Source: Spirochaetia bacterium UBA2205
GTDB lineage: Bacteria; Spirochaetota; UBA4802; UB4802
DNA length: 64,000 bases
Reading direction: 5' to 3'
Assembly (NCBI GenBank): GCA_002328585.1
Contig: DCUV01000032.1
Location: 109,173-173,172, forward strand
Position 1 is the stretch's first letter. Each line of letters opens with the position of its first letter. The position numbers and the translations under genes were made by a program. Shown here piece by piece: positions 12,299 to 22,567 of this stretch. The notes under the pieces were generated by a model. The model did no database searches. It saw only the letters and a program-made list of their open reading frames with translations, and had not been told where the DNA came from.

Positions 12299-15061
12299 AT
12301 GGATTATTCTAAAACTGTTAATCTTCCTTCAAGTGATTTCCCTATGAAGGCTAATCTTCCGGTACGGGAACCTCACATTTTACAACGCTGGGAAAAAGAC
12401 AATATCTATCAATTAATTCTAAAATCCCGCGATGGGAATGAACTGTATATTTTGCATGATGGTCCACCGTATGCAAACGGACATATACACCTTGGGCATG
12501 CATTGAATAAAATTCTTAAAGATATCATCATTAAACATAAAACAATGACCGGTTTTCAAGCCCCGTATGTCCCCGGCTGGGACTGTCATGGCCTTCCTAT
12601 TGAGTTACAGATTTCAAAAGAATTAGGCGACAAAGTAAAAACATTGCCGAAACAGAAGATACGAAAACTTTGCCGGGAATATGCACAAAAATTTATTGAT
12701 ATCCAGCGTGATGAATTTAAACGATTGGGCGTCTTTGGTGACTACCAGAATCCTTATTTAACCATGTCATCAGATTATGAGGCAACTATTGTTGAGATAT
12801 TTGCATCGCTCTTTGAGCTTGGATTTATCACCAAAGGTAAAAAGCCTATCTACTGGTGCCCTACCTGCGTTACCGCTTTAGCTGAAGCCGAGGTAGAATA
12901 TCACCAGCACAGCTCACCTTCAATCTTTGTTAAATTTAAGGTTGATCCATCATCAGTTTCGTTTAAGGGAGTTGATGCAAATAATCTTTACGTCGTAGTA
13001 TGGACAACGACACCATGGACACTGCCCGCTAATTTAGCAGTGTGTTTCCATCCTGATTTTGATTATTCAGCCTATAAGAGCAATGATGAATATTTTATTA
13101 TGGCTGATGGACTTGCCCAGAGTTTTACCAGTATAACAGGCAGACAGCTTGGTGAAAAAACACCTCTTACTGGCGAAATGATCCGCCTGTTAAAAGTATA
13201 TCATCCTTTTATTGACAGGGAATCAAAAGTTATATCCGGCAACTTTGTAACTCTGGAACAGGGTACCGGCATTGTGCATATTGCACCAGGTCATGGGCTT
13301 GAGGATTACATCGCAGGGCTTGAATATGGGCTGGATGTATTCTGTCCTGTGGATGATGAGGGTAAATTTACCGATGAATTTGCACCAATGAAGGGTATCA
13401 ATGTCTTTGATGCTAACCCAAAAATAATTGAACTTTTACGAGAAAAAAATGCTTTAATCTTCACCAATGACATAGAACATTCCTATCCGCATTGCTGGCG
13501 ATGCAAACAGCCGCTTATATTCAGAGCTACTGCGCAGTGGTTTTTGCTCATCGACCATAATGATATGCGCAATATTGCATTACAGGCAATTGAAGATACG
13601 CAGTGGATACCTGAATGGGGAAAATTGCGATTTAAAGGCATGGTAGAAACACGTCCCGACTGGTGCTTATCCCGTCAACGTTCGTGGGGGGTTCCCATTC
13701 CTTCATTTTACTGTAAAAAATGCGGAAAAAACCTGATGAACGCTGATACAATTTTTTATTTTGCTAAGGTAGCCCGTGAACGCACCATTGAGGCATGGTA
13801 TACCGATGAGATTCATAGCCTTGTACCGGATGGTTTTACCTGCGAATGTGGTAGCGATAGTTTTGAAAAAGAATATGATATTCTTGATGTATGGTTTGAC
13901 TCGGGTGTATCACATTTTGCTGTTCTGGATGCCCGGGATGATCTTCGATGGCCTGCTGATCTTTATCTTGAGGGAAGCGATCAGCATCGCGGATGGTTCC
14001 AGTCTTCCCTGTGGCCTGCACTGGCACTCAGGCAGCGAGCTCCTTATGATACTGTGCTTACTCACGGTTTTATGCTGGATGATCAGGGAAGGGCGATGAG
14101 CAAATCATTGGGCAATGTCATCCCGCCTGAGGATATTATTGATAAATTTGGTGCTGATATACTTCGCCTGTGGGTTGCTTCCGAGGACTATCGCAATGAT
14201 GTTCGTATTGGCTATGACATGATTGGGCAGATAGCCGACTCATACCGCAAAATACGCAATACCTTTAAATTTATGATTGGCAACCTTTCCGATTTTACAG
14301 CAACAGATTGCGTTTTATATGAGGAACTATCGAACATTGATACATGGATATTGCATAAAGTATCAGTGCTTTCTGACCAGGTACGACAGCATTATGAACA
14401 TTACGAATTCCATTTAGTGTATCGAAAGATTGTCAACTTCTGTACTGTTGACCTGTCAGCGCTGTACTTTGATATTTCAAAGGATATCCTGTATGTTGAG
14501 GCAAAGGATGCAAAGATTAGAAGAGCCAACCAAACAGTACTATACCATGTTATCCAGATACTGTTACGTCTCATTGCACCAATTCTTGTATTCACAGCTG
14601 AGGAAATCTGGCAGTTTATGGGCAACGATGGCTCCGTGCATGTTGATAGCTATCGTGAACCGCAGCAGGAATGGTACAATGACGCGGTAGCTAAAACGAT
14701 GGATATTCTGGTTGACATCAAGAAGGATGTACTCAAAGCTCTGGAGATAGCCCGCAAAGATAAGATGATAGGAAGCTCGTTAGAGGCAGATGTTCACCTG
14801 TATATCCCCGGTGCCTCAACCAGGGAGCTTGTTGAATCGATTCCCGACAGCAAACGGTTTTTTCAGGTTGCCGATGTTTACCTTGAATCAGAAAAATCAA
14901 GCACAATGGCTGACTACGAAAACAGCTCCATAGCAATAACACGATCAACAGGTAAAAAGTGCTCTCGATGCTGGAATTACTCGCATAACATTGGCACTCA
15001 TCCTGCTCATCCTGAGCTATGCCAGCGGTGTACTGATATTGTTTTAAAACTTGACAGGTAA
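12299..15061 (+). CDS. ileS: Isoleucyl-tRNA synthetase (type 1)
   Basis: HDGPPYANGHIHLGH, GWDCHGLPIE, WTTTPWT, AMSKS and a C-terminal CxxC..CxxC zinc finger. Confidence 0.99.
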   Translation: MDYSKTVNLPSSDFPMKANLPVREPHILQRWEKDNIYQLILKSRDGNELYILHDGPPYANGHIHLGHALNKILKDIIIKHKTMTGFQAPYVPGWDCHGLPIELQISKELGDKVKTLPKQKIRKLCREYAQKFIDIQRDEFKRLGVFGDYQNPYLTMSSDYEATIVEIFASLFELGFITKGKKPIYWCPTCVTALAEAEVEYHQHSSPSIFVKFKVDPSSVSFKGVDANNLYVVVWTTTPWTLPANLAVCFHPDFDYSAYKSNDEYFIMADGLAQSFTSITGRQLGEKTPLTGEMIRLLKVYHPFIDRESKVISGNFVTLEQGTGIVHIAPGHGLEDYIAGLEYGLDVFCPVDDEGKFTDEFAPMKGINVFDANPKIIELLREKNALIFTNDIEHSYPHCWRCKQPLIFRATAQWFLLIDHNDMRNIALQAIEDTQWIPEWGKLRFKGMVETRPDWCLSRQRSWGVPIPSFYCKKCGKNLMNADTIFYFAKVARERTIEAWYTDEIHSLVPDGFTCECGSDSFEKEYDILDVWFDSGVSHFAVLDARDDLRWPADLYLEGSDQHRGWFQSSLWPALALRQRAPYDTVLTHGFMLDDQGRAMSKSLGNVIPPEDIIDKFGADILRLWVASEDYRNDVRIGYDMIGQIADSYRKIRNTFKFMIGNLSDFTATDCVLYEELSNIDTWILHKVSVLSDQVRQHYEHYEFHLVYRKIVNFCTVDLSALYFDISKDILYVEAKDAKIRRANQTVLYHVIQILLRLIAPILVFTAEEIWQFMGNDGSVHVDSYREPQQEWYNDAVAKTMDILVDIKKDVLKALEIARKDKMIGSSLEADVHLYIPGASTRELVESIPDSKRFFQVADVYLESEKSSTMADYENSSIAITRSTGKKCSRCWNYSHNIGTHPAHPELCQRCTDIVLKLDR

Positions 15062-15132
15062 CATCATTTTTTATGAGAGTTGCTGATGGCATCAATGTGC
15101 CAGCCAGGGTGGTATAAAAATTTTTGGCGATA

Positions 15133-15356
15133 GTCATCATGAATTTATTTCAGAATCTCAGATAATTATTCGGATTCATGGTCAAGCCCGGGATATCATT
15201 GAAGGCATAATTTTATTTTGCAGGATTTTCATACAGCCGCAATAGGATAGTAAGATAGCGTGACGAGGTGCCAGTCTCATCATTCCGGGCAGTAGCGAAG
15301 AATTATGCTGTTTTTTGAATAAAAATTCTTTCATTACTTTGCTGTTTTAGAATGAC
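15133..15356. repeat. Two degenerate REP-like palindromic units between ileS and lspA
   Basis: GTCATCATGAATTTATTTCAGAATCTC at 15133 and ATCATTCCGGGCAGTAGCGAAGAAT...ATTCTT...AGAATGAC at 15279-15356; GTCAT/ATGAC ends shared with the element at 55468. Confidence 0.5.
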
Positions 15357-15390
15357 ACAGTTTTATTCTATTTTCAGGAGAATAGTGCCA

Positions 15391-15897
15391 ATGACAAAGT
15401 CTACTAAAAACACATTGATTGCTGTTTTTGTTTTTGTTATTATATTAGGTCTTGATATTATTACCAAGGCTCTTGTAGTAAAATACATCAGTATCTATGA
15501 ACGGGTGGATGTACTGGGAAGTTTTCTCCAGCTAACCCTTATTTACAATCAGGGTGGTATTTTTGGCATACTACAGGGCTATCAGCAATTCTTTTTAATC
15601 GTTTCTATTATTGTATTTCTTCTTCTTATAGCTTATTATATTCTGGAAAAGAATAAAACGCTTATCTTTACCATCAGCATGGGACTTATCTGCGCAGGAG
15701 CTATTGGCAACATCCTGGACAGAATTACCGGCAAACCTGGTGTTGTTGATTTTATCTATATTGGTGATGATGCTGTCTTCCGCTGGCCTGCCTTTAATGT
15801 TGCTGATTCATCGATAGTCATAGGTGCCACGTTGCTTATACTGCATCAAATCATGGAAGAGAAAAAGCGTAAATCGCAAAAAGGTATGCATCAATAA
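15391..15897 (+). CDS. lspA: Lipoprotein signal peptidase II
   Basis: NQGGIFG, GAIGNILDR, VVDFI and FNVADS motifs; classic ileS-lspA linkage; AGGAG RBS before ATG 15391. Confidence 0.96.
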   Translation: MTKSTKNTLIAVFVFVIILGLDIITKALVVKYISIYERVDVLGSFLQLTLIYNQGGIFGILQGYQQFFLIVSIIVFLLLIAYYILEKNKTLIFTISMGLICAGAIGNILDRITGKPGVVDFIYIGDDAVFRWPAFNVADSSIVIGATLLILHQIMEEKKRKSQKGMHQ

Positions 15898-16289
15898 GTA
15901 TCAACAATGGTGATAGTTCCTGAAGCTATCTCTTTGTCCCCAACTATCACCGTAACAATATAGGCGCCTTCTGCATACAGCGAAAGCGGGATAATGGCGC
16001 TGGATACATCAGGATTGATTGTATAATCAAACCGGGTATATTCAGGCTGGCTATAGTGCTTTTTTTCATATATAACAACTGTGGCGGTAGTGCTGCCAAA
16101 AGCTTCCTTTGCAGTAACATACAATGTCATATCACCCGTGGTAAACTGACTGCCGCAATTGACCGGCTTGCCTTCATCGGTCACCCCTTCACAAAATTGC
16201 AATGGCGGCGTTTTCCCACACGATGCTATAGACATTAATATTATGAATACATATACACTACAATAATGACCCCTGAACATCCTCATCAT
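15891..16289 (-). CDS. Hypothetical lipoprotein
   Basis: Hydrophobic N-terminus with IASC lipobox; beta-rich body; follows xseB. Confidence 0.6.
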   Translation of the reverse strand: MMRMFRGHYCSVYVFIILMSIASCGKTPPLQFCEGVTDEGKPVNCGSQFTTGDMTLYVTAKEAFGSTTATVVIYEKKHYSQPEYTRFDYTINPDVSSAIIPLSLYAEGAYIVTVIVGDKEIASGTITIVDTY

Positions 16290-16545
16290 CCTCTATCTCC
16301 CCTGTGTCTTCTTTTACCTTTACTGGTTTTTTCTGTATGTTTCCGTCAGGTTGTTTTTGCAAAATCTCTATTGTGCGCTCAGCTTCTTCTAATTTCTGGC
16401 GGCAAAACTTTGCCAGCGCAACACCTTTTTCATAATACTGTATAGATTCATCCAGGGTTAATTCGCCCGATTCTAACTTTTGGGCTATCGTTTCAAGCTC
16501 CTCCAGCGCTTCTTCAAATGCTGGCTTTTTAGCTTTTTTTTCCAA
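16258..16545 (-). CDS. xseB: Exodeoxyribonuclease VII small subunit
   Basis: FEEALEELETIAQKLESGELTLDESIQYYEKG; TTG start with a GAGGTG RBS; follows xseA. Confidence 0.95.
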   Translation of the reverse strand: MEKKAKKPAFEEALEELETIAQKLESGELTLDESIQYYEKGVALAKFCRQKLEEAERTIEILQKQPDGNIQKKPVKVKEDTGEIEDDEDVQGSLL

Positions 16546-17833
16546 AACTCACCTCGTTTGATGTTGATTGTACCTCACAGTTCATGGAACCATCGTATAC
16601 AATGACCTTTACATCATCCCCCTGTCGTATACCTTGAACTGAAGCTATACTGGTATTACCTTTCAGGGTAATGGAATAGCCGCGCTTTAAAACCGCCACC
16701 GGTGACAGGTGCTCCACCTTGCTTGCATTCATCATAAATACATGCTTATAGTTTTGCAATCTATTTTTTACAAGCAGGTGCAGGTCTTTTATCCTGTTTA
16801 ATGATTCCTTCACCTCATACAGGCGCTTATGGATTGACAATGAAATCCTGTTTTCAACATCAGACAGAGTAAGCTCATGTTGCTCCAGCATGCTTACGGG
16901 ATTTTGAAACGCACGATATTGCAATACCAGCGCAATACGATTATGAAATGATTGTAATAACATCACCATTCGTTTAGTCATCTTTTCCATAATTTGTTCG
17001 ATAGTATCCTGGATATCCTCCTTCACCGGGACAGCAAGCTCTGCTGCCGCCGAAGGGGTTGTTGCCGCAACATCCGCAGCAAGGTCGCTCAGCGGGCTAT
17101 CGATCTGATGTCCAACTGCCGAGATGATGGGAAGCTTTGATGCTGCAAACGCACGTACAACCTTCTCTTCATTGAATGCCATCAAATCTTCAAATGAGCC
17201 GCCACCCCTTCCTGCAATGATGACATCAACACCCCACGCGGGCTTATTCAACTCCTGTATACCTGCAATAATAGATTCGGCGGCTCCCTCGCCCTGAACC
17301 TTGGCTGGAGCAATGATAATTTCAAGGTTAGGATAGCGCCGCATCGCAACCTTGATAATATCACGAATTGCAGCTCCCGTTGGCGAGGTTACAACTCCAA
17401 TGCGTCTGGGAAGTTTTGGCAATGGTTTTTTCCGCCGGGGATCAAACAACCCTTCTTTATATAATTTTTCCTTTAGCTTTTCAATACGCTGTAAAAGTTC
17501 TCCAAGCCCTTCCTTCCTCATTTTGTATACTATAAACTGATACTGCCCCCGCTTTTCAAATACTGTCACACCACCAAAAACAACAACGCTCATCCCCTCT
17601 TCCAATTTAAAGTCTAAATTTTTATTGGAATATTTAAAAAAAGCTGCCTGAATCACTGCACCTTCATCCTTCAGTGAAAAGTAGATGTGCCCCGATGAGT
17701 GATAGGTAAGATTTGAAATCTCGCCTTTTATCCATACACCATTGAGCTCAGGAGCTGATGCAACTAGCTGTTTTATAATACCGGTAATATCGCTAACCGA
17801 ATACACCGTTTCATGTTTTTCAATGTCTTCCAT
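16529..17833 (-). CDS. xseA: Exodeoxyribonuclease VII large subunit
   Basis: SGHIYFSLKD, VTSPTGAAIRD, GRGGGSFEDL and TPSAAAE motifs. Confidence 0.98.
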   Translation of the reverse strand: MEDIEKHETVYSVSDITGIIKQLVASAPELNGVWIKGEISNLTYHSSGHIYFSLKDEGAVIQAAFFKYSNKNLDFKLEEGMSVVVFGGVTVFEKRGQYQFIVYKMRKEGLGELLQRIEKLKEKLYKEGLFDPRRKKPLPKLPRRIGVVTSPTGAAIRDIIKVAMRRYPNLEIIIAPAKVQGEGAAESIIAGIQELNKPAWGVDVIIAGRGGGSFEDLMAFNEEKVVRAFAASKLPIISAVGHQIDSPLSDLAADVAATTPSAAAELAVPVKEDIQDTIEQIMEKMTKRMVMLLQSFHNRIALVLQYRAFQNPVSMLEQHELTLSDVENRISLSIHKRLYEVKESLNRIKDLHLLVKNRLQNYKHVFMMNASKVEHLSPVAVLKRGYSITLKGNTSIASVQGIRQGDDVKVIVYDGSMNCEVQSTSNEVSFGKKS

Positions 17834-17843
17834 ACATTTTTAC

Positions 17844-19577
17844 TTAAAAGGGTAAATGAACGTTGCCACTATAGATAGTACCCCGTACAATATCAAGCGT
17901 AACATCATCGCCATCACTACATGGCAGTGCATCTATAGCAATCCCGCCAATCACCGGGATGCCATGTTCCCGGCAAAAATGAATAATAGGTGATGCTATA
18001 GCACTCTGGCTGGTAATAACCGCTAATGGTAATTGCTCTTTTTTTAACTGTTCACTATCATCGGTTATGACAATACAATTGGGCGATAGCTCTCCTGATA
18101 CGGTTTTTTTGCGTATATATCCTTTCACCACAGCATCACCATAGCCAATACCACGAGCGATTTCATTTGCAACAAGATACACTCGCAATACATTTGTGCC
18201 ACCGGTTACTCCAGCTAAAATACCTGCCGTTATAATCAGCAAATCACCATTATGGATGAGCTCTTTTTGTTTACATATATTAAGAGCTTCATCGACAAGT
18301 GTATTGATATCTTCACAGTGTTTAATCTCCACCGGAACAACTCCATATGACAGCGCCAGCTGATTCATCACTTTTTTGTTTGTTGTTACCGCTAAAACCG
18401 GTATCCGGGGTTTGTATTTGGATATCTTTCGCGCAGTATATCCTGATTGCGTAGCAGTAATTATACAATCTGCTCCCAGCGTTTTTGCTGATTCTGATGC
18501 TGAAAGGGCAATAGCATCTGTAATGATCGAGCGTGTATATATCTTTCTTTCTTCCATAATAGCTTTATACATGATGGAGTCTTCAGCATATTGAGCAATC
18601 TTTGCCATTGTTGCTACTGCCTCAACAGGATACTGTCCAAAGGCAGTTTCCCCGGAAAGCATCAACGCATCGGTCCCATCAAAAACAGCATTTGCCACAT
18701 CAGTTGCTTCTGCTCGTGTTGGTATGGGATTGCGTATCATGGAATCCAGCATCTGGGTAGCAGTTATTACCGGTTTTGCCTGTTGATTGCACTTTTCAAT
18801 GATCATCTTTTGCACTATGGGCACCTGCTCTATGGGAATTTCAATACCAAGATCGCCACGCGCAACCATGATACCATACGATGCAGCAATAATATCATCT
18901 ATATTGGTAACTGCTTCATGCTTTTCAATTTTTGATATAATGGGTATTGATCCTCCAAATTCTTCCATAATGCTCCTGAGTTGAACAACATCCTGTGCAG
19001 AGCGCACAAATGACAAAGCAACCATATCTACATCATGCTTTATTGCAAACTCCAGATCACTAATATCCTTTTGAGTTATTGAGCTTGTTTTTACTGATGC
19101 GTTAGGCAAATTAATCCCTTTATGATCTTTTAGCTCACCACCACGGACAACCGTAGTATAGATATCAGTGTTTTGCACCTCATCTACAACCAGTTCAAGC
19201 AAACCATCATCAAGGAGTATCACCTGTCCTTTATGTACTGATTCGGGGAGGTCTTTTAACGAAACACTAACCGCTATTGCGTTGCCAGGGACATCACGTG
19301 TTGTTAAGATAAACTGCTGTCCTGACTCTAAAATTACCTTTTCTTTTAATGTGCCAACTCGTATTTTTGGCCCCTGCAAATCAGCCAGTATCCCGATAGG
19401 TGTGTTCAGCTCATTTGCTATTTCCCTGATCAGTGCAATACTTTTTTCATGCATCTGATGGGTGGAATGCGACATGTTTAACCTTGCAACATTCATCCCT
19501 GCACGCACAAGGTTTACAATCACCGCTTTTTCTTCGCTTGCTGGTCCCAGCGTACATACAATCTTCGTTCTTCGCAT
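17844..19577 (-). CDS. pyk: Pyruvate kinase with C-terminal PEP-utilising swivel-like domain
   Basis: RRTKIVCTLGPAS, MVARGDLGIE, ATQMLDSM and MLSGETA motifs; AGGAG RBS before ATG 19577. Confidence 0.98.
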   Translation of the reverse strand: MRRTKIVCTLGPASEEKAVIVNLVRAGMNVARLNMSHSTHQMHEKSIALIREIANELNTPIGILADLQGPKIRVGTLKEKVILESGQQFILTTRDVPGNAIAVSVSLKDLPESVHKGQVILLDDGLLELVVDEVQNTDIYTTVVRGGELKDHKGINLPNASVKTSSITQKDISDLEFAIKHDVDMVALSFVRSAQDVVQLRSIMEEFGGSIPIISKIEKHEAVTNIDDIIAASYGIMVARGDLGIEIPIEQVPIVQKMIIEKCNQQAKPVITATQMLDSMIRNPIPTRAEATDVANAVFDGTDALMLSGETAFGQYPVEAVATMAKIAQYAEDSIMYKAIMEERKIYTRSIITDAIALSASESAKTLGADCIITATQSGYTARKISKYKPRIPVLAVTTNKKVMNQLALSYGVVPVEIKHCEDINTLVDEALNICKQKELIHNGDLLIITAGILAGVTGGTNVLRVYLVANEIARGIGYGDAVVKGYIRKKTVSGELSPNCIVITDDSEQLKKEQLPLAVITSQSAIASPIIHFCREHGIPVIGGIAIDALPCSDGDDVTLDIVRGTIYSGNVHLPF

Positions 19578-19772
19578 AGATTCTCCTGAAATTTTCATCC
19601 TGTGTGGAATTGTTCTGTAAAGGTACTATCGGTAACAATACTTTTTACAACATACTGTGCTTAAAAAATAATCCTCACCTGCTTGTTCATATTTAATAAA
19701 TATAGCAAAAAATATTGAAAAAAATTATCTGTTTGTTATTATAACCATAATTTTTTTATTACCAGTATAAGT

Positions 19773-20489
19773 ATGGACAGTTTACCATTACATTGTTTCT
19801 TTGTGCAATACAATAAAAATTTCGTGATACAGCATCACGATGCATATCATTTTTTTCTTGATGCTGAAGATGCTCATAAGCTACAACAGTGCTTATCACC
19901 TAATCGCAGAGCCGAAATTGTAATAAGCAAAACTGCCACAAAAGCCTTTTTGCAATTGTTATCGGGAACCGCGCACCATGCAGTGAACGGCAATACTATC
20001 GTCATTGATAACAAACAGTACTGGCTATCCCTATCCCACACTGACAATGTTGTTGCAATCAGCATATTCCAAAAGCCTCATGGCATTGACATCGAATCAA
20101 CCGTGCGTGATGTTGCCTACCGCAATGCAATTATTCATCGCTATTTTTCCACTGGTGAACAACAATTTGTAAATCACTCGTTGCTGAATAAAACCAAACG
20201 GTTTATTTCACTATGGACAATAAAAGAGGCAATTGCAAAATTGAAAGGACTATCGCTTGCACAGGCTTTACAGTACGACACCATACTAAACGCTGAAGGT
20301 TTATTCTTATCCAATGTTACACTTTTTAAAAACTATCGTTGTGGACTTGCTTTTGGCGATAGTTCCTGTGATAAACTTTTTGTTAAAATTTACACGGCAG
20401 ACGAAAGGGATGTTTTGCATGTATTGTGTGGATGTGGGCGATACCGGATTCGAACCAGTGACCTCCTGCATGTGAGGCAGGCGCTCTAA
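19773..20489 (+). CDS. Sfp-type 4'-phosphopantetheinyl transferase
   Basis: SLSHT, GIDIE and WTIKEAIAK motifs. Confidence 0.85.
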   Translation: MDSLPLHCFFVQYNKNFVIQHHDAYHFFLDAEDAHKLQQCLSPNRRAEIVISKTATKAFLQLLSGTAHHAVNGNTIVIDNKQYWLSLSHTDNVVAISIFQKPHGIDIESTVRDVAYRNAIIHRYFSTGEQQFVNHSLLNKTKRFISLWTIKEAIAKLKGLSLAQALQYDTILNAEGLFLSNVTLFKNYRCGLAFGDSSCDKLFVKIYTADERDVLHVLCGCGRYRIRTSDLLHVRQAL

Positions 20490-20508
20490 CCTGCTGAGCT
20501 AATCGCCC
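20435..20508 (-). tRNA. tRNA-Val(CAC)
   Basis: Reverse complement GGGCGATTAGCTCAGCAGGTTAGAGCGCCTGCCTCACATGCAGGAGGTCACTGGTTCGAATCCGGTATCGCCCA folds as a cloverleaf with anticodon CAC. Confidence 0.96.
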
Positions 20509-20657
20509 TATACTGCAATACTGAAATAATTTTTTAAAATTGCAAGCATTTTTATGAAGTCTATTATTTTAAATATTTTTTACATAAAAACAATTGCAAT
20601 TTTCATTATCTCTTCATTACAATACACATCGCTACAAAGATACAGGATGGTTTTTCT

Positions 20658-21920
20658 ATGGATACTATCGCTATACAAAAATTTACATTGAAACGATATA
20701 TACATGTTTTATTGCCTCTATTTATTGGCTCAATCATTGCATACCTTGATAGAGTAAATATTGCCTATGCGGCATTGACGATGAATCAGGATTTACAGTT
20801 TACTCCGGAAATTTTTGGGATGGGTGCCGGTATCTTTTTTATAGGTTACATACTCTTTGAGATACCGGGAGCCATTATTGCTGAAAAGTGGAATCCCAAA
20901 GGCTGGCTGATGCGCATTATGATTACATGGGGTATTGTTTCATTTTTCATGATATTCATTACCAGACCGTGGCATTTTTATACATTGCGCTTTTTATTGG
21001 GAAGCGCTGAAGCAAGCTTTTATCCCGTGCTCTATGCAAGCGTCATCCCACGCTGGTTTACATTGCAGGAACGCCCTAAAGCTATAGCATTGATGCTAAC
21101 CTCGTTACAGGTCTCTGCTATTATTGGCTCACCACTTGCAGGCTTTTTATTAGACATATCATTATTTGGATTGAAAGGATGGCAGCTATTATTTGTATGC
21201 GAAGCTATTCCTGCACTTCTCTTTGGCATACTTTTATACTTTATCCTGTCAAATGATCCCATGAAGGTATCATGGTTGTCAGACAAGGAAAAAGAATACC
21301 TTGCCAATGCTCTGTCAAATGAAAGCAAACAAAAAGCACAGCACTATACTATATGGCAGGCGTTAAAGGACAAAGAGGTATTAAAACTGGCGCTTATCTA
21401 TTTTTTATGGATAACCGGATTCTGGGGATTTAATTACTGGATGCCAACCGTTATGAAGGAACTATCGGGCTGGTCTAATATCGCTATTGGTTCACTTTTT
21501 GCCATACCCATGACATTATCACTCATCGTAATGGTTTATATTGGATATTCTTCATCACAAACTGGCGAAAAGCGACTCCATGGTGCTATACCGCTTGCCA
21601 TTGCCGCTATAGGGTTAGGGGCAGGTGCGTTTATAAAAAATCCCGGTGTAAACATGGTATTTGTATGCATAGCTGCAATTGGCATATTTGGCCCATTTGG
21701 CGTCTGGTGGTCATATCCAACAACATTTCTTTCTGGTGCAGCCGCAGCAGGAGCTGTAGGGCTCATCAACTCATCAGGTAATATTGGTGGGTATGTTGGA
21801 CCTTATCTGATAGGTATCATTAAAAACTTAACCAATTCTTTTGAGCTTTCATTTTTAATTCTCGCAGGTATGGTGCTCATCAGTAGCGTTATGATGCTCA
21901 CATTAAAAAAGAAGGCATGA
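20658..21920 (+). CDS. MFS transporter (anion:cation symporter, TtuB/HpaX-like)
   Basis: AYLDRVNI, YILFEIPG, LRFLLG.AEA and GWQLLF..E motifs; about 12 TM segments. Confidence 0.9.
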   Translation: MDTIAIQKFTLKRYIHVLLPLFIGSIIAYLDRVNIAYAALTMNQDLQFTPEIFGMGAGIFFIGYILFEIPGAIIAEKWNPKGWLMRIMITWGIVSFFMIFITRPWHFYTLRFLLGSAEASFYPVLYASVIPRWFTLQERPKAIALMLTSLQVSAIIGSPLAGFLLDISLFGLKGWQLLFVCEAIPALLFGILLYFILSNDPMKVSWLSDKEKEYLANALSNESKQKAQHYTIWQALKDKEVLKLALIYFLWITGFWGFNYWMPTVMKELSGWSNIAIGSLFAIPMTLSLIVMVYIGYSSSQTGEKRLHGAIPLAIAAIGLGAGAFIKNPGVNMVFVCIAAIGIFGPFGVWWSYPTTFLSGAAAAGAVGLINSSGNIGGYVGPYLIGIIKNLTNSFELSFLILAGMVLISSVMMLTLKKKA

Positions 21921-22441
21921 TCATGAAAGGGTATGTACATTGTTATACCGGAAACGGTAAGGGCAAAACAACCGCAGCATTGGGATTAGCTGTTCGTGCC
22001 GCCGGGTGGAGTAAACATTCAATCATCATACAATTTTTAAAAGGTAAAAAATCTGGTGAGCGTATTGCACTGAAACGATTCCATGATCTTATAACCATTG
22101 AAACTTATGGAAGCAAAAACTTTTATATACCCGGAACAGATGATGAGTATTTTAAAGAATTAACCAGAAAAGCTTATGATCGATGCTCAGATGCATGTGC
22201 CGATAGCTTCTTTGATATCGTTATATGTGATGAGATATTAACTGCATTGCAGTGGAAACTTCTTTCAGAACAGGATATTATACAGCTGGTTAAAATAAAA
22301 CATTATGAAACAGAATTAATTTTAACTGGTCGCGGACTTTCCAAAACATTATTCCCCTACTGTGATTTGATTACTGAGATGAAGGAGATAAAACATTATT
22401 ATACTAATGGCGTTAAAGCTCGCCGGGGGATTGAATGGTAA
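21917..22441 (+). CDS. cobO: Cob(I)yrinic acid a,c-diamide adenosyltransferase (CobO/BtuR family)
   Basis: YTGNGKGKTTAALGLAVRAAG, DEI, LILTGR and ARRGIE motifs. Confidence 0.92.
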   Translation: MIMKGYVHCYTGNGKGKTTAALGLAVRAAGWSKHSIIIQFLKGKKSGERIALKRFHDLITIETYGSKNFYIPGTDDEYFKELTRKAYDRCSDACADSFFDIVICDEILTALQWKLLSEQDIIQLVKIKHYETELILTGRGLSKTLFPYCDLITEMKEIKHYYTNGVKARRGIEW

Positions 22442-22508
22442 TGTTGTAGTGTTGAGTCAGTACTCCAGGGGTTGCCTTCAGCGGGATGAGAAGCAATGTA
22501 TTTCTAAG

Positions 22509-22542
22509 AAAAAAGGCTGCCAATTACCCGGCAGCCTTTTTT
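22509..22542. terminator. Bidirectional intrinsic terminator between convergent cobO and acs
   Basis: AAAAAAGGCTGCC-aattaccc-GGCAGCCTTTTTT perfect inverted repeat with A/T tails. Confidence 0.85.
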
Positions 22543-22567
22543 ACTTCTCTTCTATTGTAAATAATTC

